Part shown: positions 1 through 10,987 of the stretch, one piece after another
How positions within the stretch are numbered: position 1 is the stretch's first letter
How the letters are laid out: the number at the start of each line of letters is the position of its first letter
NCBI GenBank assembly: GCA_976551045.1
Contig: CDPCPM010000259.1
Location: forward strand, 372,001-436,000
Source: Glaucostegus cemiculus
Taxonomy: Eukaryota
Reading direction: 5' to 3'
DNA length: 64,000 nt
The notes under the pieces: generated by a model
The model's input: only the letters and a program-made list of their open reading frames with translations
Told to the model about the DNA's origin: nothing
The model's database searches: none
Program-made: the position numbers and the translations under genes

Positions 1-29
1 AGAAAGAATTTTCTTGAGCAAGTGTATTC

Positions 30-150
30 TGAACTAAGACACAATGTTGGGCAAAGACAGAGAGTTTTACTCAGTAATAACTGACCTCAAAAAACTTGGC
101 ACAGACTTGATGCTAGAATAGAAGAATGTTCTCACATCCCAATACTAACA
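30..150 (+). mobile_element. Possible LF-SINE-like 3' fragment
   Basis: GACACAATGTTGGGCAAAGACAGAGAGTTTTACTCAG resembles the GGCACATTG..GGG(A/G)CAGTGT..GAGCTTTACTCTG tail of LF-SINE-related repeats; very degenerate. Confidence 0.25.
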
Positions 151-229
151 TGCCTTTGCCCCAAAGATCATAAAAATTTGCAGGCTAATTATGTGAAGTC
201 GGTGAATGTTTTTGTTTGTTTTCTCCACG

Positions 230-710
230 TTGCTTGCTCATCTTTAATTTGGGTTCTTTGACGTTACTGGAATAAGGTCAAGCTGAAAGGAGATTCAAAA
301 AGAATTTTGCAGAGAGCAAAATCACTCAACAGACAGCGAATAAATGACAATGCCCGTAATTTCACCTTTATGCAGGGTAATTTTTTTCATAAGTAGCTTC
401 ATGACAGGCAGACAAGGGCCGCCTGTGCATTGTGAGATTTATCTAATGACTCGCTGATGAGCTGCTGGGATTTGGGTCCTTTAATGAGACCCACAAGCCT
501 CTCTTCCCTGCCAGAACCACCAACAAATCAGCAGATTTTGATAGCAGTCATCTGTTAACCTTAAATTTAACTGTCACCTTGCATTTTGTATTCATAACAG
601 CTGATTAACATTTTAATAAAAGTCCATGCAAATGCAAACTTTCCTAGAATATTCCAAATTAAACTGCAATAACATTATCTTGAGTACAGTTTCAATTTTT
701 GAATTAAAAA
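230..710. promoter_or_regulatory. Candidate conserved non-coding element (enhancer-like block)
   Basis: Repeat-free and non-coding. Dense TAAT/ATTA, TGACAG/CTGTCA (TALE) sites, octamer ATGCAAAT at 626-633, some retained CpGs. Conservation not tested. Confidence 0.45.
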
Positions 711-1381
711 TAGCAAGGAGATGTTACAAAAATTTGACACAGTGATCAGGATAGAATAGTATTTTTTTGAGTTTGCATAATGCCATAGAACCAAAACTCC
801 GGAGTAACACAGATCCACCTTAACCAATGTCATTTTTCCGTCAACCGGAGGAAAATTAAGACAAATATATTCAAAGTCCGTGAATATGAGCAAAAGACAC
901 TGACATAGGGCAGATAATGTTTTACACTCTATATACCAGAAATCAAGGCAATATGTGTGTGTGAACAAGTACCCATCCATAAGATGTGTGAAAGGGAGGG
1001 TAGTAATAAACAGCTGTGCTGGTTTAATGATATGGTTACCTAATGGTATTCACAGAGATTATGATAAGAATTTGAACCCAAAAATACTGGTGGGTTTGGC
1101 CAGACGGATAGATAGCTCACCTCCAACTTGCCTGCTTAATGGAAACAATTGAGGTAGAGGCAGCCAGCCCACTTCCAGGAGATGATGGCAATTTAAATAT
1201 TTTACTGAGGCGACTTGCCCCATATTTAACTACTATTTTATATTTAACACCAGTTAGATCAGTTTTCTGAACCTCAGGAAACATAATGTTTACAGCGAGG
1301 CAAGCACTGCTGGAGTTAACATTTGTTTCCACTAATTTGCTGGATCCAATTATCCTGTTCCACTACTTTCAACCGGCACAC

Positions 1382-1805
1382 AAATGACCCTCCTGATCTC
1401 CTGCCAATGCTTCTGATCTCGCTGAAAAGAGAAAAAAAAATGCAGAGTGAGAGACTGATCAGCCAAAAATTACAATTTTATATTTGAGATTTGATATATA
1501 AGGAGAGTGAAAGATACAGGAGAAACTAGAGGGATTAATATTCTGGCTTGAATCCATACAGGACCAGCACTATCATTTAGTTAATTAATAGGATAATGAC
1601 CCTATAATCATATATGTCATCAGTAAATGCCACAGTAAAATCTACAAAGAAGCCAGTAACCCTGCCTTAATGCTCATCTTGATCACAATCACTCCCAAAT
1701 AGAAATATTGAAAGAAATCACAGGTGGAACAATGTCTGGATCGCTAGGAATTTTGGCCAACTTAATTTGCATTCATTTGACTGTGATGGAGCAGAATATA
1801 ACAGT
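1382..1805 (-). pseudogene. dUTPase-like pseudogene downstream of the integrase
   Basis: LLYSA (~1790-1804), KIPSDPDIVPP (~1722-1755), YLGVI (~1687-1701), DYRVIILLIN (1580-1609) and GRRSGGSF (1382-1405) follow the order of dUTPase motifs 1-5, but at least 3 frameshifts are needed. Confidence 0.35.
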
Positions 1806-1949
1806 GCAGAAATGTCCTCATGAATCATAGTTTTCAATATTTAAAAAAATAAGGTGGACCACAAGATTCAATATCACATTTGGAGCCAAAAAATCCAGAT
1901 CTGTCTTTAGAAACTTCTACAACCTTGAAACCATCATCGTTAGTACCTC

Positions 1950-2745
1950 AAAAATTCCACAAGGCTGGCTGACTGCTCTCTCCTGACATTCTTTCCATAA
2001 TCCTTTCCCTTCTTTCTAAAATGCTCTTTATGTTGGGATCTGAGATACAACCAAACATCAGGATTCCTGGCCTGGACCACAACAACCTCTCCAATTGAAT
2101 ATGGTTACTATCCTTATTAAGTTGCACATCATCCTCCTTCCCTAAGAATCCCCTTGTATAATTTAGCATTGGTATAATCCACCCAATCAATCGACTTAAA
2201 CTATTTCTCTACAGAAAATCAATATCTTGACCTGTTGGGAGTGGTTATTAGTGTTGGGTGTTCCTGTTCTTTCTGTCCTGTTAACGTATGACGAGCGTTT
2301 GATGTCTCTGGGCCTGCACTCGATGATGTCCAGAAGGATGAAAGGGGGATCTGACAGAGACCTATTGAAAGACCTGCATAGAATGAACGTAGAGAAGATG
2401 TTTCCATTGGTAGGAGATCCTACGGTCTGAAGGCACAGCCTCAAAGTAAAGGGACAATCCCTTTAAAATTTATTGCTTGATGTATTTGAACAATAAATGG
2501 AAGACTCTCCACTGTAAATGGGAGGCATTTGATAGTCAAGACCTGAAGAGCAACAATCAAAAAGGGTTTGTTCCCTGAGCATGTTATAAAAATTTTTCCG
2601 GATGTGAATGTAAAGATATGAAGTCTTAAAGTTATAAGGAAGTGGATTTGAATTTTAAAAGAACCAAGATTCTTTCTGGGAAAAAAACCAATATTTTCCT
2701 TCTGAAACACCGGTTTCAAGGCCCACAGCATGGGCATTCTTGTGT
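1950..2745 (-). pseudogene. Retroviral-type integrase pseudogene (interrupted by a CR1 fragment)
   Basis: ORFs 2441-2737, the distal part of 2196-2444, and 1948-2190 join into a CxxC-D-D-E integrase-like order; the third catalytic residue position is now TAA at 2196-2198. Confidence 0.55.
2275..2468 (+). mobile_element. CR1 (HER1-like) LINE ORF2 fragment inserted in the integrase relic
   Basis: Translates to YDERLMSLGLHSMMSRRMKGGS..E.MFPLVG, the CR1 ORF2 C-terminus; ends CAGCCTCAAAGTAAAGGGACAATCCCTTTAAAA. Confidence 0.85.
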
Positions 2746-3329
2746 TTTAAAAGAGTTGGAAGAAGAATGGGTAAAATCAGAAAGCAATGATAATGGCAGG
2801 ATTAGGTTTTGAGAAAGTGTTGAATGTAGAAGGACCTACTAAAGGAGATGAAAGTTCCAAACTAGTGGTCCAGGAAGGAGGAAGTTAGAGTAAGAGATAG
2901 TATACTGTGGTGTTTTTGATTCATTGAGACTGCAGGATGAAGGAACAATATGTGAGACAGTATATTGTCAAGTTAAAATGAACAGAAGAATGAAAATCAG
3001 AGAACGATGGTGGTAAACAGGTAAGATAAAGGGAGTTTAGAAGGGTTTCTCTTCATTAAATATAAAATATTACTCACTCCACAAATACTCAGGTTGTTAC
3101 AAAACAGAATTACATTTATTCTTAAACATAGAAGCTTCTTAAGCAGCTGAAAGATATTTTTAATGTGTTATGTCTTTTCCATATCAAGAATCAAACCATA
3201 GATTTTAAAATGGTTTACATTTTCATGATAGCTAATGGCAGTCACATCACACTGAGCTAAGTAAATATAATGTCACTGGAACGTCTAGACTTCTAGATCA
3301 GTTTTCGATGGAATACAAATGAAACCCTT

Positions 3330-3740
3330 TGGTAATGTATGCATAGCATTCTTTCTTTGTGATGCTTTTTGCACTCGCTACTCTCACCTTCAATTCGGCC
3401 ATATGTATAATTAAACTGGATTGTGCAGAATGCGCAGTCTAATGTCATCAAATGCTAGCAAAAGCCTGTAAAGGAAAATCCATTCTCTGTAATGTATCTT
3501 AGCTGTGCAACACAGTTCATTGGGCTCTTGATGAATGTGTTGCTGCTTCGTGCATGAAGGCCAGTTGCTTTATTAATGGTAGTTTTACAGGCTGAGATAG
3601 GACTAAAGACAACAGCACTATATTTCAGTTATGTGTTGAACTCAGATAATGCAGGAGAATAAACTCCACTAACCCTTTCAGAACTGAGGCCATGTAGCTC
3701 AAATAAACTTCTCTCCCTTTCAAATCATGTGAAGTATTTA
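3330..3740. promoter_or_regulatory. Candidate conserved non-coding element
   Basis: Repeat-free; TATAATTAAA, TAATGTCATCAAA and TTTATTAATGG motifs; retained CpGs. Confidence 0.35.
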
Positions 3741-3749
3741 TAAATTAAT

Positions 3750-4095
3750 ATGGCACTTCATTGGAATATTGAAGGAGAATGTGCAATGTCAGGAAATGAA
3801 ATCCCTTCAGATTAGACAAGGGTTACACCTACCTGCTCAGGTGAATATTATAGATTCCATTGGCACAATTGGAAGAAGCGCATGGAGCTCTCCAGATGTT
3901 CTATCCACATGCCCCTTTCAAACAACCCAATCAATATAAACATACTAGATTGTGGCTTTTTGTGAGTCATTAATTGTGCAAGATGGCTACCATATTTATA
4001 TTATAAATCACTGCTCTTCCATATATAATTCATTGAGTGAAACAGATTGATAAGTTTTTTGATATAACATCTTATATCAATGCAAGGCTATTTTA
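3750..4095 (+). mobile_element. Deu-domain SINE (SacSINE1/AmnSINE1-like), old copy
   Basis: CTCAGGTGAATATTATAGATTCCATTGGCACAATTGGAAGAAGCGCATGGAG matches the Deu core; L2-type tail ATGCAAG. Confidence 0.7.
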
Positions 4096-4184
4096 TGTCA
4101 TAATATGGGATGGCACTAAACATACCCTGTGTCCCTCTGTGCATTAGCATGTCAGGTACATGGGGTATTCTGAAGAAAAGGATA

Positions 4185-4450
4185 CCATAGTTAAGTTACT
4201 GAGCTAGAATGTGAACCCTGGATGAATGAAACAGAAGCATGAAGAAACCCCATCTCAACAGCTGGGGGATTAAATTCAGCTAATTAAATAAATCTGGAAT
4301 AAGAAAGAACATATTGGCAGTGGTGTCTCAGAATCCACTGAATTATCATAAAACTATGCTTGGAAGGAAATGTGCCTTCCTTATTTGCTCTGGCCCATAC
4401 GTCAATGAAGATCCCCAGCACTGTTGAATCTTAATTGCCTCCAAATAGGT
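4185..4450 (+). mobile_element. tRNA-derived chondrichthyan SINE (GGAAGGAAATCTGCC family)
   Basis: TTAAATTCAGCTAATTAAATAAATCTGGAAT..GGAAGGAAATGTGCCTTCCTT..TCTGGCC; related copies at 12795, 24960 and 41170. Confidence 0.65.
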
Positions 4451-5589
4451 TGTATTCCCTCAGAACTGCTTGCTCACCCTTGGCACAGAATCACCTTCTT
4501 AAATGGGAGCTCGATCCATAACTCTGCAATTTATTGAAGAGGGTGTGATCTCTGATTTAAAAAAGGTATGTTTAGAGGAAATGGAGAAGCTAAATACAGA
4601 GGATAACTTTTGCAGTTATAGGGAAATCATGAATAGAAAAACTAAAGAAAGCGATATTGAGATGAAAATGTGTGATAACAAAAGCGAGAATGGGTATATA
4701 CCAGACAATGGAGTGAATTAATAATTAATTGAAGCTATTTTAGAAATTATGAATAGTAGTTATAATATTAATCCTAACATGTGAGAGCAGTTATATTTTG
4801 GAACATTAAAGCCTGATTTAAATATGCCAGCAGAAAACTTATAGACTTGTCTAGCCCAAGGACTCAATCATTCTCCATGATGTCAAAGAAGACAAGGAGT
4901 TAAATGTCTTTACTTCTATTGGGCGTTTCCTAGGACTGTAACAAAATGTAGTGGACACAATACCTGCAGTATTTTGAACATTTCTGAGCATTCTCTGAGA
5001 GTAAAATAGGCCATTGCCCCAAGTGGTAGGTCAATTATCTAATATTTTGTTCATGATTGGTTTTAATGTTGTGGAATGCAACATTTTCTAATTTAGGAAC
5101 CGGCAGTCAGCAACAAGTACTTGTACTTCTATGTCAGGTACGAAACAATGAAAGTCCCTCTGATCTGCCCCAGAAATGTGGATCAGTCCAGTCCCAGTCT
5201 CAGAAGAGGACCCTTATTGCAGTGTGATATTTTTATTTCCAAAATCCTCATCTTGAAGCCTCTGTGCACAAGATTATGAAATGAGGGATGGGGTTGAGCT
5301 GTAGACCCTCAACCAACAAGCACAGCTATTGAGAAAAACAAGCAGAAATTATGGCTCATTCTACCATCGCCCAATGACCAATCCATCATACAGGAGCATC
5401 GCTACTTTTTCTTGATATTTAAGAGCTTTCTCATCAACAAGTTCCCTTCTATCAACATCCTGGAAAAGGTGGAGTTCTGGGGCAGGGGGATGGGGAGCTC
5501 ATCATGAATCAGCCCAATAGCCTTATCTACTAGAACAGGATAGAAGCTGGGTATTTTGCAAAAAATTGCTCACATCTTGACTCTCAAGG

Positions 5590-6020
5590 TCTCTTGCTAC
5601 CTGCAAAGTCAAGGTCATGGAGCTCCAACAATACTCAAGGGCTCAATACTATCCTGCAGAAAGCATTCTGTTTGATTAGTTTAAACATTTGGTTTTTCCA
5701 CCAGGAACACACTGTAGCCTCTCTATTCGCTACCTTCCAATGCACTGCAGAAAGTCACCAAGGCTCCTTCAACAATACAACCCAAACACTTCCAAGTTTT
5801 CCTCTTAGTCATACACCATCCTGATTGGGACATAATCTTGTATTTATTTATTCATTGTCACTTGTCAAAGTCCTGGAACTGTCTACCCAACAGCACCTCA
5901 CTACACAGTAGTTCAAAGAAAAGCTCATTGGCACCTTCTCAAGAACCTGTAGTGATGAGCAGTAAATGCTGATCTTGCCAGCATTGGTCATACACCAAAA
6001 ATGAACTTCAAAAAAAAAAA
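5590..6020 (+). mobile_element. Non-LTR retrotransposon (CR1/L2 group) 3' end
   Basis: TCCTGGAACT..CCAACAGCAC..GTTCAAAGAAAAGCTC..CACCTTCTCAAG..GTAAATGCTG..CTTGCCAGC plus A tail; same family at 46775-47078. Confidence 0.75.
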
Positions 6021-6024
6021 CTTT

Positions 6025-6140
6025 TCAATCCCCATTTCATAAAGCAGCCTTACAGCCAGCAAACTGAAGAAACATCCATTTCATCTGCCTGGACTCAATT
6101 TGAACCCAGATCCTAAAGATGAAAGTTCAGTAGTTTAATG
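6025..6140 (-). mobile_element. LF-SINE-like 5' fragment
   Basis: Minus strand CTTTCATCTTTAGGATCTGGGTTCAAATTGAGTCCAGG..GCTGGCTGT..TATGAAATG resembles the LF-SINE tRNA-derived head with box B. Confidence 0.5.
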
Positions 6141-7414
6141 TTTTTTATCATTAAAAAATAAACAGAAATAAACATATAGAAAATGGATCAGAATAACTTA
6201 AAAACAGGCAGTGTGGTGAAATATCTTTACATTTAAAGATGGTAATGGGATAGGAACCATCTAACATATAGTTATATTTCAGTTTACTGGTAGGTTATAG
6301 TTCCCATGCATATTTATATTTAAATATTTATAAAGTTTCTATTATTCTATTAACTATTTATTGATTTATTATTTAAAAGATTTATGTCCAACCATTAAAA
6401 ATGACTAAGCTGGATTTCACCTATAAGAGATGTCAGATACCATATATTGCAGTGAATGTCTAATGTGGCTTTTCTCCTCAGCACAGAGTGACAATCACTC
6501 AGAGGTATTGGGCCTATTTTTTAAACTACACTCTATACAATTCAGCTTGAAACATGGCACCATATGAATAGGATGTTGAGGTAGCTAACTTTTCATTTTA
6601 ATTGTTGGTTTCTTTCCTACAATTTTCATATATCAATCTATTGGTTTAAGTTTCATATAGTCACGATTCTAATCCAATAAGTCATACAGCACAGAGTATT
6701 AGAATAAATTTCTGCTCTATTTAAGGAATAATAAATAGGACTAATGTCTAGAGGCAGATATCTCCCAAGTTGTCCCCAAATGCATGTCATCCTCTTACTA
6801 CCCTGAATGGTAATAAAGTCTTCCCACAGTCCTGAATTCCAGGTCAATCTTCCATTGTTCCAATCACTATGTTATTCTCCCATTCTTCCAACCACCTGGT
6901 TACTCTGCCATTGTCTCAAACACCCCATTACTTTTACCTGTGCTTTAGATCATTTCTCCACTGTCCCAAATTCCAGAACAATCCTCCAGCATCCCAAACA
7001 CCAGGTGACATTCACACAGTTCTATCCACTTTCCCAAATGGTACCTGCTTCACTGTAATGCAGAACACCTTACTTGGAAAAAAGAGCCCACAGAAACTGT
7101 ATCTTAAACCAATGAACTGTTTCTTCAACTACTACCTCACTTTTCCTGCTACAGTGTATACCAGGCACAGGCTGATGTCCATTGTGGACATCATATTAGA
7201 CAACAGACAACATATTAGATGCTCATAATGTAAAATACAGGAAGATGTTTGATTATACTAACTGGAAAGATTGAGTAAAGGAAAACGATTCCATACTTTC
7301 ATATCCATCAGCTTCACGATGTTTTCTGGTCCTCTTATTATGTGTGCCTTTTTGTTCCTGAATTTTGTAAAGAAAGATGGATCACTTAGGTATGGATCGT
7401 TATATTTTGCTGAG

Positions 7415-7800
7415 TCAAATAACATAGAGGTTATTTGGCCCATCATGCCCAACCCATTTCTCCAAGAGAACCATCAATAATGAACCTTCGATAATTCCCA
7501 CACTGCCACCCTCTTATCAAAGCCTTGCATATTTTTCTTTTCAGAGTATGTGTCCATTACACTTTTGAAAGTTACAATTGAATTCACTTACACCACATTT
7601 TCAGTCAGTCCATTCCAAATCAATATAGTTGGCAAAGCTGTAAATACCTCTCCTCATCTCCCCCTTGCTTTTTGTGAATATCATCTTAATTATCTTCAGC
7701 TACTGACCTTCCTGCCAAGGAAAACAATGTTCCCTGCTTACTACACCAGAACCTCATGAAAAGTTGAAACCTCTATTAAGTTTCTCTTAAGCATCTTCAG
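7415..7800 (-). mobile_element. CR1 LINE 3' fragment, old
   Basis: TTTGGCCCATCATG..CTTTTGAAAGTTACAATTGAAT..CATTCCAAATC..ACCTCTATTAAG, a reverse CR1 tail. Confidence 0.65.
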
Positions 7801-8029
7801 AGTTTAAGAAATTATTTTATTTTCCCTGTTGGAAATATTTTTCACTATTATTGGATTTGTTAACCATGGGTGTAAACTTTAGCTTCTAAATACTTTAGTT
7901 TCATGTATTTTAGAGACTGAAACACAGTTACGTTTAAACCGACTGGTATGTGATAACGTCCTCCTCCATGAAGGTCATCAGATAAGGTAATGCCATCCCC
8001 TGCACTGGGATAGCAATAACCCTTATCTT

Positions 8030-8215
8030 AAAAGTCAGTTTGCCTTCACCAGTGACAGTCTTGCTTTTGAGTCAAGCCGCTGTGGCTGGTAAATCCTAAT
8101 CCAGGACTAGACCATCATTATATGTCAGCACTTCAGTGCTACAAAGTCAAAGTGCCACTTTGTTGATAGCATTGCTTTTGGATGTGGTCTGTTCACATTA
8201 TTTAAGGAGCTACAT
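8030..8215 (+). mobile_element. Deu-domain SINE 5' fragment
   Basis: CTTGCTTTTGAGTCAAG..TGTGG..CCAGGACTAGACCATC..CACTTCAGTGC..TTTTGGATG. Confidence 0.5.
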
Positions 8216-8220
8216 GGATT

Positions 8221-8558
8221 AGAGTCAGAGAGTCATAAAGTCATAGAGTTGTACTGCACAAAAACGAGCCCTTTGGCCCAACTCGCCCATGCTGACTGTT
8301 ATGCCCATCTATGCTAATCCCATTTTATTCTCCCCACATGCCTATCAATTCCTCCCAGATTCTAGTAGCAACTTATACAATTTACAGTGGCCAGTTAACC
8401 TGCAAACCTGCGTATTTTTGAGATGTGGGAGGAAACCAGAGGGTCTGAAGGAGACCCAAGTGACAACAGGGAAACCGTGCAAACTCCACAAAGACAGCAC
8501 TGGAGGTCAAGACTGAACATGGATCGCTGGAGCTGTAAAACAGCAGATCTGCTAGCTG
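8221..8558 (-). mobile_element. HE1-like V-SINE with CR1-type tail
   Basis: Reverse V domain TGTGGGAGGAAACCAGAG..ACAGGGAAACCGTGCAAACTCCACAAAGACAGCAC; tail (AGTCATAG)n. Confidence 0.85.
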
Positions 8559-9879
8559 GGGGGTTGTATTGCTCTGTTCAAGGTTGAATAACCTATCAGT
8601 TCTCACCATCCTCTATGGAGAACAGTTGCTTAATGGTTAGGTGGTTAGTGATTGATTTCTTGAAGAAATCAAGGCATAACATTTGGGAAAAAAATAATAC
8701 CTGTCAATTCATTGTGGCACATAGAGGTGGAGAAAGGGCCAGGATCAATCTCTGACTTTACAAATCTGCAGTAATGTTAACCCTAGTGCACAAGCCTATT
8801 CTTCCAGCTTAATTTTCATCTCACCAGTGAAACAGAGAGATTTTAAGAGCTAACTTCTTACCACTTACCAAGCAATCAAGCAAACTCCAGGACCAGCATC
8901 TTTAAAAAGCAGAAGCCTCCCCAAGAGGCCTCGATGACAGACAGATGCTTGATGGGTCCCGTCGGCACTAATGGTCTGTAAAGTGCACAGGACATTCTGG
9001 AATAGACACACCGAGTGTTTCCCTGTGGCAATAGTTATACCTGCATAGCTAACATCACATGAAATTGTCAGATCTGTCACCAGACATTAGGAAGTCACTC
9101 TTCAAAACCTGTTGAGTTTTACTCTTTATCAAATGAGAGAACTTGCTATTAGTGACCATTATACAGGAATAATTCTTTTAGTTAGGTATAATGTGATTAT
9201 AAACGATCATGGAATGGGAGGAGACTTGCATTATGTATAAGCAGCAAGGCAGATTAATCAGGCCAAATGGTTTAATTCTGTGCTGTCTCATCTATGTAAC
9301 TGCATGTAATGATCCCACCTCTCACTCTCCATCATTAGCAATTGCTCCTCCAGAAGTTTCTCCCTCCTTCCTTAGAAATTCCTTCCCTATCTGTCTCCTT
9401 CGTCCTGACTCCTTTCCTGTCCAAAGACCCTCTTCCTAACTGTGCTTTTGCCCCTTTCCCTCACCATTGGTTATTCCCTTGGCTGCTGGAAAAATGCTCA
9501 GAGATGTACTTTTGTGCTTAAACAGTGCTGCAGTAAAGGAAGATGTTTGCCTCTGTGTAGAGCTCAAGAACCAGACACTGTCATTCATTCACAAAGATGG
9601 TGTGCAAATCAAGGGAAAATAAATTATGTGGCCAGCCTGAATGAAACCAAGACTGATTTATTTGTTGTGCATGAGATTCATAAATCAGCAGACAATCCTC
9701 GTGTGGCAATAAAAATGGCTAGTGATCACTGAAGTCTCAGAAGTGTTGGGGGCAGGGTGGAGTGGGGATGCAGTGTGGGGGGGTTGTTAGTGGTGTTGAT
9801 GGGGAATGGGTATAGGGTCCCTAATTACTGCCTAGCTGTCTATTGATGCGGACAGTGATTCGAGTGGCCAGCAAGGACC

Positions 9880-10310
9880 CTATGATACAAATTTACCTAA
9901 AATCACTTTCAATAATGATCCAATGATTTGGGGAGAGGGAAGGGAAAATGTAAAACAAAAATACAAAGAACACTGCTTGGAATATTGTCTCTGAAGTGAG
10001 ATGTAATATAAGTATTGAATCGAAACATTCCTCTTGATTTTGCAGAAAATAATCTTTGATACAAAAGTCTCTGTGTAATTTGAAAGCTGGAAATGACTTG
10101 CTGGCTTTCTGAAAGGGCCAATGGATTTTAATCTTGCTGCTTGAGATTTATCTGCTGTTAAGTGACTCTTCACAGTGTGTAATGTCAAGTCTGCTTGAGC
10201 TGTCACTGGATAGGCGATGAAAATATAATTGACTGTCACAGAATCCAAGGAAAAGTCAGCATTGTGTCAAATATCAATTTGATATCAACTTGCCAACAAA
10301 AAACTGTTCA
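9880..10310. promoter_or_regulatory. Candidate conserved non-coding element
   Basis: Repeat-free; repeated CTGTCA/TGTCAA, TAATTG, CTTTGAT (TCF-like) and CATTGT (Sox-like) motifs. Confidence 0.4.
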
Positions 10311-10545
10311 TGTATTTTTCTTCCTTTATCTCCAAAAGATGCCCATTTTCCCACCTGTACCCATTTGAGCCGAGATAGTGAATACTTTCCAGCTGTTTGA
10401 ATGCATGGACTTCACAATTTGCAATTTCTGTCTCTATCTGACATCCCCTTACTGACACTTCTCAGTACTGGATGATAATCAGGAATGGGAACCCTAGCTG
10501 ATTTGTCAAATCTTCCTGCTGGCACTTTGACTGGGTCCAACTATC
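10310..10545 (-). mobile_element. Ancient SINE-like dispersed repeat (family X)
   Basis: CTGGATGATAATCAGGAATGGGAACCCTAGCTGATTT, shared with copies at 12530, 21120, 43720 and 55785. Confidence 0.5.
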
Positions 10546-10740
10546 TTAGACTCACACCTCATAGCCAATTTCACATCTCTCACAATGCACATATCTGGAA
10601 CCAATCATATCTCACAATGATCATTCCCTTCTAATGCTAATACCAGTTACATTTCCCAGGCATTTTCTATTTTTGACATTATACCAAGCACATCTTACAC
10701 AGTTACCTGCACCTCCAATAAACACCAATCACATTTCACA

Positions 10741-10987
10741 CAGGAGAGGTAACTTCTTTACACAGAGGGTAGTGAGTGCCTGGAATGAGCTGCCAGAGGA
10801 AGTGGTCGAGGTGGTACAATTGCAACATCTTAAGAGGGATTTGGGTAGGTACATGGAAGCGAGGAGCTAAGAGGATTATGGGCCGAACATGGGCAACTGG
10901 GACTAGCAGGGAGAATGCTGCAGTTGGCATGGACCAGTTGGGCTAAGGCCTGTTTCTGTGCTATATTACTCTATGACTCTATGACAT
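10741..10987 (+). mobile_element. CR1 (HER1-like) LINE 3' end
   Basis: RGNFFTQRVVSAWNELPEEVVE, then 3'UTR GGCCTGTTTCTGTGCTAT and (ACTCTATG)n tail. Confidence 0.92.

Larger units (their letters stand above)
700..2745 (-). mobile_element. Highly decayed endogenous retrovirus-like relic (integrase, dUTPase-like segment, possible env remnant)
   Basis: Minus-strand frames give, in order: CPCC (IN zinc finger), KIQIHF (first catalytic D region, cf. IQIDF), ALQVLT..LP..VQIHQAINF (cf. IHSDQG.F), EIV*-RLIGWI (cf. GIVERxxGxIK), VQL..P.ILMFG, then dUTPase-like motifs and a Cys-rich ORF. Several frameshifts and stops. Confidence 0.55.

Noticed and set aside
4503-4721. 72-aa ORF with protein-like composition
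   Set aside because: The underlying DNA resembles a decayed CR1 3' region (GAGGGTGTGATCT..AGGTATGTTTA..ACAGAGGATAACTTTT); no recognisable protein.
7258-7452. Minus ORF FTKFRNKKAHIIRGPENIVKLMDMK with weak splice signals
   Set aside because: Starts in a CR1 tail, has a weak donor and no recognisable family.
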